A DNA stretch of 7,016 bases from a virus. Taxonomy: Duplodnaviria; Heunggongvirae; Uroviricota; Caudoviricetes. Made by a program: the position numbers and the translations under genes. Shown one piece after another: positions 1 through 6,502 of the stretch; position 1 is the first letter of the stretch; each line of letters opens with the position of its first letter. The stretch lies in the IMG/VR virus record IMGVR_UViG_2724679058_000006, one strand, 5' to 3'. The notes under the pieces were generated by a model. That model made no database searches. It saw nothing but the letters and a program-made list of their open reading frames with translations, and was not told where the DNA came from.

Positions 1-311
1 GGATACGGAGGACGGTTGTGGCGCACGTCTTCGGTGAACGCACTCTGGCCACACTGGAGCGTCTTCTGAGCCTGCTGTCGGCCTTTGAGGTCGTGGTATG
101 GATGACGGATGGCTGGCCGCTGTATGAATCCCGCCTGAAGGGAAAGCTGCACGTAATCAGCAAGCGTTACACTCAGCGCATTGAGCGACATAACCTGAAT
201 CTGAGACAACATCTGGCAAGGCTGGGACGGAAGTCACTGTCGTTCTCAAAATCGGTGGAGCTGCATGACAAAGTCATCGGGCATTATCTGAACATAAAAC
301 ACTATCAGTAA
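1..311 (+). CDS. insB: IS1 transposase InsB, C-terminal portion (5' partial; reading frame enters the window at position 3)
   Basis: Open frame from the window edge to TAA at 309..311. The GTG at 18 is an internal Val, not a start. Translation matches the InsB C-terminus from memory. Confidence 0.85.
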   Translation, partial: IRRTVVAHVFGERTLATLERLLSLLSAFEVVVWMTDGWPLYESRLKGKLHVISKRYTQRIERHNLNLRQHLARLGRKSLSFSKSVELHDKVIGHYLNIKHYQ

Positions 312-326
312 GTTGGAGTCATTACC
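1..326 (+). mobile_element. IS1-family insertion sequence, right-hand part (window begins inside the element); right terminal inverted repeat ends at 326 (...aagttggagtcattacc)
   Basis: The encoded protein matches the IS1 InsB C-terminus as I recall it (..[80 protein letters not shown]). The sequence after the stop (agttggagtcattacc) matches the IS1 terminal inverted repeat. Left end and target-site duplication lie outside the window. Confidence 0.85.
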
Positions 327-347
327 GGCAACTTGTAATAAACATTA

Positions 348-1097
348 TCAGTCAATTGTTTTGTTTATTCCATCTGTGACGCCGATTATTTTCTCAAAAT
401 AATGAGATGGCGTGACACCATAATAATCTTTAAATGCACATATGAAATATGAAGTACTGTTATAGCCACATTTCTGGGCTACGACATTGATAGAATAAGA
501 GTTTGAAGTTATGAGTTTTTTTGCATACCTCATCCTAGTATCTCTCAATATTTCAGTAAATGACGTTCCTTCATCCCTTAATCTTTTTTTTATTAAACTT
601 TCACTCGTATAAATCAATTCCGCAATATCTTTTAAATGCCATTGCCGCTCAATATTAAAACTGATTATTCCAGTAATTTTACAGGTAAATGTATTTATAT
701 TTGTTAGTATAAATGAATTTACACTTTCGCGTTTTTTGAACATGGCAAGTAAGGATATACATAGTCTTTCTTTTAACCAAAGGGAGTGTGAGTCTGCTAT
801 TTTAATCCCTTCAAACAGAGAAAAAACAAGCGATAATGGAGGTTCCTCTTCAGCAATATAGCCATTCTTATCAAGAGTAAATTTGCCAGGCAGCTCATTA
901 TTCACGTCGATAAAAAAGGATAAACATGTTTTCTTATCTATATCAACAATTCTTAGTTTAGAGGGGCATACTGGTAACTCCCTTCTAATTTTGTCGCTTA
1001 CAATAAACAATGAATTTTTTTTGAACGAGATAACTCTCCTGTTTATAATTAAATCAAATGATTGACAGATGAAAACTACGGAGCAAACATAATCCAT
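348..1097 (-). CDS. appY: AraC/XylS-family transcriptional activator, AppY-like (249 aa)
   Basis: 249-aa ORF with a C-terminal AraC-type double helix-turn-helix (..[62 protein letters not shown]..). RBS AGGTG 4 nt upstream of the ATG. Low-GC gene next to prophage tail genes and a long AT-rich upstream region. The sequence matches my recollection of E. coli AppY starting [14 protein letters not shown]; this is not verifiable without a search. Confidence 0.75.
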
Positions 1098-1670
1098 CTT
1101 GCACCTATCATAAAATTAAAACAAGTTGATAGCAGTCAAATAACAACCAATTAAATACACAATCATAATCAGGATGATGTGCATTTATATTTTTATACAC
1201 AAAATTATAGTTTGCAAATTTTAATAAATTTCATTTAAGATTAAATTATTATATGTATATTGTTTTTTATTCTAACGTATTTCAAAGTTACATTTTTCAA
1301 CGCTTACTATACTTTTTATTAACATAAACTCACTACAACGCACCTGAAACCTCTTGCTATATATATGTCAACCGTTTGAATTTAAAATAAAAAGAGTATC
1401 ATTTTTACTTGCATTTCTTATCAAGTCACATTCAACAACAGTAAAAAAACATTATTAGAACCATTCAATTAACAAAAAACCAACATCCAGCTTGCTTAAT
1501 TTTTCTTTATTAAACGACATTGAAAATCAATTGATAAAATACATCTAAACAACCTTTTGGGGCGCAAAAGCATAACATCAAACAAACAAATAACACACCG
1601 AAAAAACTCACAATTAATAACCTATGATATACATACTGTTTATTATGGTTGAATAAGCCACTCGATATCT
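1098..1670. promoter_or_regulatory. Long AT-rich upstream/leader region of the AraC-family gene; probable xenogeneic-silencing (H-NS-type) target carrying the regulator's promoter(s)
   Basis: About 570 bp with no credible ORF on either strand and a very high A+T content with many A/T tracts, lying directly upstream of the minus-strand regulator. No promoter hexamers could be assigned confidently. Confidence 0.4.
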
Positions 1671-1772
1671 GGTGCTACGGAAGTGTCCACACGGTTTAGC
1701 AGCACCCGATACTTTTTCCAGGCTTCCAGCAACGAGTTTTCTTCCTCCGTTGCATATACAGCTCACCTTTTT

Positions 1773-2066
1773 TCACCCACGATTAACCAACAGCCAGACC
1801 AGCAGACACGCCACCACCGGCACAGCAAAATCCATCAGGCTTGCCACATCCCACGCGCGCGGATCAAAACCGCCCCACCACGGCATATTCATTCGCTTGC
1901 CATGCCCGAACATTTCGATCCAGCGATATTCTGCCTAGGTGTGTTCACGCGCAATGAAGAACGTACAACCGGCTATCGCCCCGTAAGCCCAGTTCCCGGT
2001 AAAAAGACCAATCAGTAGCTGCGCAGCCACAGCACAAAGCGCATGAAGGAAAGGTGTTATATCCAT
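1773..2066 (-). pseudogene. Small membrane protein gene (97 codons, two predicted transmembrane helices) interrupted by an in-frame amber codon at codon 44 (plus-strand cta at 1935..1937)
   Basis: Minus-strand ATG at 2064..2066 preceded by AGGA with a 5-nt spacer. Translation: MDITPFLHALCAVAAQLLIGLFTGNWAYGAIAGCTFFIAREHT-TAG-AEYRWIEMFGHGKRMNMPWWGGFDPRAWDVASLMDFAVPVVACLLVWLLVNRG*. Both halves are in the same frame and each contains one hydrophobic helix. The antisense plus-strand ORFs in the track translate to low-complexity Pro/His/Arg-rich sequence. Confidence 0.5.
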
Positions 2067-2079
2067 TTTCATCCTACCC

Positions 2080-2102
2080 AATAAAACGGGGCGCTCGGCC
2101 CC
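2080..2102 (-). terminator. Candidate rho-independent terminator after the S74 fiber gene (minus strand: GGGGCCGAGCGCCCC, then G and TTTTATT)
   Basis: 5-bp all-GC stem (GGGGC/GCCCC) with a 5-nt loop, followed on the minus strand by a U-rich tract. It sits between the stop at 2109..2111 and the next start at 2066. Confidence 0.45.
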
Positions 2103-2108
2103 TTAATA

Positions 2109-3149
2109 TTATTTAGACGCAAGCGCCGCCTCAATTGCAGATAATCTTTGTCTTAATTCTGCGTTTTCTTCTTCCAGTGCTGTTATCCTGTCGTCTGACT
2201 CTCTGGCTACCTGAACAAGCAAACCCGTTACGCCTGAGTAATCAACGGTATAGTATCTTTCTCCCTCTTCTCCATCAGACCCATTGTCCCCGCTCTTGTA
2301 CTTTATTGTGCTACCAACTGATTCAGGGATTGCATTAAGTGCCTCTTGCGCAATAACGCCAGCATAAGGCATACCATTAGACTTGAGACGGTAAGTATAC
2401 CCATTCATTAATCTGATGCGCTCAGTGGCATTATCAATAACCTGAATGTTTTCTTTAAGATCTCTGTCCGACACCTGGTCGAATGATGTAGCCTTGCATG
2501 ACCCGTTTATCTCAAGCTGATAGGTTTTATCTGGGTTCCTTTGTGCATAAAACAAAAAAAGCCCGCCATCATCCCTAATTTCATAAACAACTGGACGACT
2601 GGAATTTCCCCATAATAACGTCGACACACCAGAATACGCCGTACCTTGCGTGTTTAGTGTCATGGTCGACCCGTGATTAGCATATTTGATCTGCAATGAG
2701 TCTGTATTATCAAACTTAATAAGCGCGTTACTTCCCCGCACACCATACGACATGAGACAGTTCCCCATCTTAAGGTAACCATCACTGCCTGGAAAAATTA
2801 AAGTTCCTCCGTAAAGATCACTAAAGTCCCAAAAGATACCTTTTGTCCCGTTATGTGTGACGATCCTCGTCATTGTATCTTTAGTACCATCAATATTTTT
2901 TCTGGTATATATGTCACTATAAGCGTTTTCCGTTTCACCAGTCTTATTTGACAAATGCAGCTTACCGCTGAATATAGTTCCAGTTGTTGGCAATGTTTTT
3001 TGATCATAGATTACATTGCAATAACCATTCCATGTTGTTTTATTGTCTACATAAGATTTTGTTGCGTAGTTTCCTTGATCGGTTTTTAATTTACTAACAT
3101 CCGATTTTAGCGTTTTGATGTCATCAGGAATTACTGTTTTTGTAACCAT
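2109..3149 (-). CDS. Tail fiber/tailspike-like protein (346 aa) with C-terminal peptidase-S74 intramolecular chaperone (autoproteolytic) domain
   Basis: RBS GGAG 7 nt upstream of the ATG at 3147..3149, and only 12 nt downstream of the preceding ORF's stop. The C-terminal ~120 aa (residues ~227-346, nt 2112..2471) carries the S74 hallmarks: SDRDLKENI, then YRLKSNGMPYAGVIAQEALNAIPESV, then YYTVDYSGVTGLLVQVARE, then a terminal coiled coil ITALEEENAELRQRLSAIEAALASK. The N-terminal ~226 aa are Gly/Thr/Asn/Tyr-rich, typical of beta-rich fiber tips. Confidence 0.8.
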   Translation of the reverse strand: MVTKTVIPDDIKTLKSDVSKLKTDQGNYATKSYVDNKTTWNGYCNVIYDQKTLPTTGTIFSGKLHLSNKTGETENAYSDIYTRKNIDGTKDTMTRIVTHNGTKGIFWDFSDLYGGTLIFPGSDGYLKMGNCLMSYGVRGSNALIKFDNTDSLQIKYANHGSTMTLNTQGTAYSGVSTLLWGNSSRPVVYEIRDDGGLFLFYAQRNPDKTYQLEINGSCKATSFDQVSDRDLKENIQVIDNATERIRLMNGYTYRLKSNGMPYAGVIAQEALNAIPESVGSTIKYKSGDNGSDGEEGERYYTVDYSGVTGLLVQVARESDDRITALEEENAELRQRLSAIEAALASK

Positions 3150-3161
3150 TGTCTTACTCCA

Positions 3162-3431
3162 TTAAGCCCATGTCCTTACATGCTGATCTGTCGTAATGAA
3201 AGGCATTAAAGAAGATATGTTTTTACTGCTATCAACAATCCTCATGTTTACGAAAAAACCACCGCGATCAATGCCCGTACATCTTTCGTTTTCTGGCTCC
3301 TCGTAATCAATAATGCAGCCAATAACATCAACAAGAACCCCATTTTCTTCTTCAAGACTGAACAGGCCACTGTCATATACAATTGCGTTAAACTGTTCTC
3401 TGTTATCGAATCGTAATGTTATATCCCGCAT
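3162..3431 (-). CDS. Hypothetical small acidic protein (89 aa), translationally coupled to stf; candidate fiber assembly or adaptor factor
   Basis: Its ATG (3429..3431) overlaps the stf stop codon (3431..3433) in a TAATG arrangement. Its stop lies 12 nt before the next gene's RBS. No motif recognised; function unknown. Confidence 0.55.
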   Translation of the reverse strand: MRDITLRFDNREQFNAIVYDSGLFSLEEENGVLVDVIGCIIDYEEPENERCTGIDRGGFFVNMRIVDSSKNISSLMPFITTDQHVRTWA

Positions 3432-5789
3432 TATACGTATTCCTTAAGCTGCGTATCTGACAATGCTCTGTTCCAGAAACGGAGGTTTTTTATATGACCA
3501 TTAAGGTGTCGTAATCCTGTCGTCGTTTGCCCCCCGATTCGAATCACGGCTGCTTCACGAATATATTTCCATACTGTTTTGGTTTCAGTGCTTATATGCT
3601 TATTTGCAAATGAGCATGTCATGCCGTCAGCCTTAACCCTGAATCCCATAACGAGATCTCTTACTCCGCATGACTCATATACACGCCGGTTAGCCCCGCC
3701 TATATCGCAATACGAATAACCATCCTGACTGATAGTTCCAGAAGAACCAAACCCCATAATAAATGGGCCTCCGGACTGGTGATTTTCTGAATCAATGACA
3801 CGCGGTGCAGCATTATGAGAAATAAACCAGTTTTTATGGACTTCCACCATGAACGTAAAAGGCATGGTATACATATTTTTCATCAGCGGAAATTTACATA
3901 AATCTGATGCACGAGTCGCTGGCTCTGTTGTCGTTATGATAAAGGAAGTTGCACAAGCACCATACTCGAATTGCGGGGTGGTTACTTCTATCCAGTCACC
4001 TGTTGCAAAAGCCCCCACTGCTCTGTCGGCTGCAATTTGCAGCTGCGTACCAACCATTCCCCATTCTGGCAGACATTTCAGTGTTGCCTGAAAATATATC
4101 CATCCACTACCAGGGTCGATTTCAAAGTTTGCTGTTAATAGCTGGGCATTACCACCCGTAATTTGTAGTTCATGAGTCTGTAATGACAAATAGGCGTCAC
4201 AAAGGAAAGTGTATCCTTCCGAGTTATACCGTTCAAAACGGATACGTGCGCGAACATTGAGATCACTTCTTACCCTGAACGACGCGGTAACATACGGACC
4301 TTTACTGTACTGATCATCGCCAGTCACATCTATGCCTTTATTACCAGCAACTGTGCATATATTTCTCCCTGTTGTCGTTCCTGCTATGTCGCTTCCTACT
4401 GTGAAACGTCCATATTTAAACTCAAATTCATCTGTTGATGATGTTACAGATATACCACCGCTTTTATTCCACGCATCAGGATTAAAACTATTTACGAACA
4501 TGTTTGTTCGCTGATTCTCTATCAGCAAACCATATTTTTCAAAACGAGGAACGTTATTCCCTGCCACGGTAATATGCCCGGACTTATCAATATACGTTGC
4601 TGATGAAGCGCGGCTAAATTGGCATATGCCATTAACAGGCATTGTTATTTCATCACTGCCGATGGTTATTGTTTTATAGCCCGGGGCATACCCTGTTATC
4701 GCTTCCAGAGAATCATTCAAGGGTAGCCAGATATCAGGAAGCGGAGGGACTGAAGCAGGATCAGCGGCATCTTCTGCAATCCGGGCTGCATTCTCTGCTC
4801 TTGTTGCGGCTGACGTTGCTTCTATCTCGCTGGCTGCTGCTTTTGTTTCACTCGTCTTTGCGTTAGTTTCACTGGTTTTTGCAGCTTTTTGGCTATTAGC
4901 TGCCGCACTTGCAGAACCAGCTGCGGCACTCTCGCTTTGGGCCGCTGCATCCTGACTGTTTTTTTGCCGCAGTTTCGCTGGCTTTGGCATTCGTTTCGCT
5001 GGTCTTCGCTGCCGTCTGGCTGGACTTTGCGTTAGTTTCACTCGTCTTCGCAGCTTTCTGGCTGTTAGCCGCAGCAGTTGCTGATCCAGCTGCTGAAGTC
5101 GCAGAACCGGCTGCTGCGCTCTCGCTTTCAGCTGCTGCAGCCTGGCTATTTTTCGCCGCAGTTTCACTGGCTTTGGCATTCGTTTCGCTGGTTTTCGCTG
5201 CCGTCTGGCTGGACTTTGCGTTGGTTTCGCTCGTCTTTGCGGCTGTCTCGCTGTTTTTCGCGTTGGTTTCTGATTTTTTGGCTGCTGTCGCGGAGTTTGC
5301 CGATGCAGTCTGCGAGGACGCTGCCGCCTGTGCGCTGTTAGCTGCATTCGTTTCTGAGGTTTTCGCCGCGTTCTTCGATGATGCCGCTGCAGTTTCGGAT
5401 TTCTTTGCCACCGCTGCGCTCTGAGAGGCGGCTTCGGCGTTGCGTGCCGCTTCTTCCACCATTGCCTCAAAACGACGCAATGCCTCCGGCATGACATCAT
5501 CTTCCGTCATGGCACCGAGAAAATCATTCAGCGTACCTGGTCTGGAACCTTCATAGACGGTAATGGTTCCGGCATGTGAAGGCGGAAAACCTTCAACCAG
5601 CAGGGTGACGCTGTACTGGCCATACTCAACATCCATGCTGTAACGCCCGGCTTCATCCGGATTTTCAGAGGCCACCGTGTTCACCAGTACCGTGGTGCTG
5701 TTACGCTTTGCCTTCAGTTGAATAGTGCAGTTCTGTATTGGTTTTCCCGCACCATCTTTCAGCACACCTGAGATTTTTACTGCTGCCAT
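3431..5789 (-). CDS. stf: Side tail fiber protein Stf (~785 aa if contiguous): lambda-Stf-like N-terminus, Ala/Ser/Thr/Lys heptad-repeat shaft, non-lambda C-terminal LamG-like lectin-type domain. The frame is interrupted by a 1-nt insertion in an A7 tract (plus-strand T7 at 4959..4965), so it may be annotated as a pseudogene or as two fragments (4896..5795 and 3431..5500)
   Basis: N-terminus MAAVKISGVLKDGAGKPIQNCTIQLKAKRNSTTV..GRYSMDVEYGQYSV..GFPPSHAGTITVYE matches lambda Stf from memory. GGAG lies 5 nt upstream of the ATG at 5787..5789; the GTG at 5795 used in the ORF track is probably not the start. The two track ORFs (299 aa and 689 aa) are in adjacent frames and overlap. The first ~190 aa of the 689-aa ORF are Arg/Lys/Pro/Gln-rich out-of-frame translation of the repeats. 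Removing one A from the A7 run joins the frames seamlessly and gives ..ASETAAKNSQDAAAQSESAAAGSA.., parallel to the neighbouring repeat copy ..ASETAAKNSQAAAAESESAAAGSA... The C-terminus ..GHIKNLRFWNRALSDTQLKEYV resembles the conserved end of LamG_3/concanavalin-like domains. Confidence 0.8.
4881..5240. repeat. Imperfect tandem duplication (about 169 bp and 191 bp copies) inside stf; part of a longer low-complexity region (~4760..5405) encoding 7-residue Ala/Ser/Thr/Lys repeats (AAKTSET / NAKSSQT / NAKASET ...)
   Basis: Direct comparison of 4881..5049 with 5050..5240: shared blocks gcagcttt[t/c]tggct[a/g]ttagc ... gccgcagtttc[g/a]ctggctttggcattcgtttcgctggt[c/t]ttcgctgccgtctggctggactttgcgtt[a/g]gtttc[a/g]ctcgtctt. 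Copy 1 lacks ~21 bp present in copy 2 and has one extra T in its T-run. Confidence 0.7.
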
Positions 5790-5799
5790 ATCCACTCCA

Positions 5800-5827
5800 C
5801 AAAAAAGCCCGCCTGAACCGGCGGGCT
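5800..5827 (-). terminator. Candidate rho-independent terminator after lom (minus strand: AGCCCGCC GGTTCA GGCGGGCT then TTTTTT)
   Basis: 8-bp GC-rich stem (plus 5806..5813 pairs with 5820..5827), 6-nt loop, followed on the minus strand by T6 (plus A6 at 5801..5806). Lies between the lom stop (5854) and the stf RBS. Confidence 0.6.
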
Positions 5828-5853
5828 GTCATAACACTGTGTTACCTGGCTAA

Positions 5854-6453
5854 TCAGAATTTATAACCGACACCCACGATGAAACCGTCAGTGCGCCAGT
5901 CGCCACTGCCGGAGCCTTCATAAGCAATATCAATGGCCACGGATTCGGTCGGGTTAAACTGCACGCCAGCTCCCCACGCCAGAGACGTGTTGCTGTGGCG
6001 ATCGTCATCACTTCCGGTCAGCACATCGTGCGTTTTCCCCTTGTTGTCAGTTACGCGGAGATAATCCCCGGAGAACGTCGAAACACGGCTGTAAGCCACA
6101 CCTGCCATCGCATAAGCACTGAACCATTCATTCACGCGTACAGATGGCCCCGCCATCATGCTGAACCAGCGGTTACGCACTGAATCTTCATGCCAGCGGG
6201 TATCGCTGTAATGCGTTTTTTGCTCATCTTTGGCATTGGCATAACTGAATGACGTCACCAGCCCCAGCGTGTCCGTAAATTCATAACGGTATTTCACGTT
6301 AATGCCCTTCAGGTCATCACTGCCTGGCATATCAGTATAGGTCTGAAGATACCCGGCGCTTAGTGTGGACTGATGCTCTGCTGCGCTCGCTGGCGTACCA
6401 GCGGCAACCAGCCAGACTACTGCGGACAGAATAACAGCACATAATTTACGCAT
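5854..6453 (-). CDS. lom: Lom-like outer membrane protein (Ail/Lom/PagC family beta-barrel), 199 aa with signal peptide
   Basis: N-terminal signal peptide MRKLCAVILSAVVWLVAAGTPASA. C-terminus ..IDIAYEGSGSGDWRTDGFIVGVGYKF is identical in character to lambda Lom as recalled. KGINVKYRYE and AYAMAGVA motifs are shared with lambda Lom. RBS GAGAGG upstream of the ATG at 6451..6453. Confidence 0.9.
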   Translation of the reverse strand: MRKLCAVILSAVVWLVAAGTPASAAEHQSTLSAGYLQTYTDMPGSDDLKGINVKYRYEFTDTLGLVTSFSYANAKDEQKTHYSDTRWHEDSVRNRWFSMMAGPSVRVNEWFSAYAMAGVAYSRVSTFSGDYLRVTDNKGKTHDVLTGSDDDRHSNTSLAWGAGVQFNPTESVAIDIAYEGSGSGDWRTDGFIVGVGYKF

Positions 6454-6474
6454 AATTACCTCTCGCTTTTCTGC

Positions 6475-6502
6475 AATAAAAAAGGCGTCATTTCTGACGC
6501 CC
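6475..6502 (-). terminator. Candidate rho-independent terminator after J (minus strand: GGCGTCA GAAA TGACGCC then TTTTTTATT)
   Basis: 7-bp stem (plus 6484..6490 pairs with 6495..6501), 4-nt loop, followed on the minus strand by a U-tract (plus aaaaaa 6478..6483). Lies 19 nt after the J stop. Confidence 0.6.

Noticed and set aside
883-1065. 60-aa plus-strand ORF inside the AraC-family gene
   Set aside because: Antisense to a well-supported CDS; AT-rich region where random ORFs are frequent; no RBS.
1098-1670. Specific -35/-10 promoter assignment for the AraC-family gene (for example TTGACT at 43 nt upstream of the ATG with a TATGAT 21 nt further on)
   Set aside because: The spacing is wrong (21 nt) and the transcript would start inside the RBS. 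In such AT-rich DNA hexamer matches are abundant by chance, so no promoter is reported.
1660-1772. Additional short minus-strand ORF downstream of the amber-interrupted gene
   Set aside because: The best candidates are under 60 codons, lack a convincing RBS and have no recognisable features; treated as non-coding.
1672-2018. Plus-strand ORFs of 88 and 111 aa (Pro/His/Arg/Ser-rich)
   Set aside because: Composition is unlike real proteins and they are antisense to a minus-strand frame that has an RBS, a start codon and two clean hydrophobic helices. They are called only because the minus-strand gene is split by TAG.
2135-2338. 67-aa plus-strand ORF
   Set aside because: Antisense to the S74-domain region of the 346-aa gene; no independent support.
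3849-4866. Plus-strand ORFs at 3849..4091, 3949..4161, 4332..4514 and 4642..4866
   Set aside because: All are antisense and embedded in the stf C-terminal coding region; short, no RBS, no recognisable motifs.
4881-5240. Possibility that the direct repeats represent a CRISPR array
   Set aside because: The repeats are long (~170-190 bp), imperfect, contiguous without unique spacers, and lie in frame within a protein-coding gene. They encode heptad peptide repeats.
4909-5424. 171-aa plus-strand ORF with hydrophobic low-complexity sequence (LALAFVSLVFAAVWL...), plus the 87-aa plus-strand ORF at 5078..5341
   Set aside because: Both are antisense to the stf repeat region. Their repetitive hydrophobic sequence is the complement of GCN/AAR-rich repeats. 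No RBS, and they are fully embedded in a well-supported gene.
4966-5500. N-terminal ~190 aa of the 689-aa ORF (MMSCRRHCVVLRQWWKKRHATPKPP..., extremely Arg/Lys/Pro/Gln-rich)
   Set aside because: This is the out-of-frame translation of the Ala/Ser/Thr/Lys repeat DNA. The true stf frame in this interval is that of the 299-aa ORF; only the portion downstream of the A7 tract (3431..4958) is real coding sequence in this frame.
5793-5795. GTG at 5795 as the stf start (ORF-track start, giving MDMAAVK...)
   Set aside because: The ATG at 5787..5789 has a GGAG Shine-Dalgarno 5 nt upstream and gives MAAVKISGV, matching the lambda Stf N-terminus. The GTG would sit inside the RBS.
5995-6183. 62-aa plus-strand ORF
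   Set aside because: Antisense to lom.
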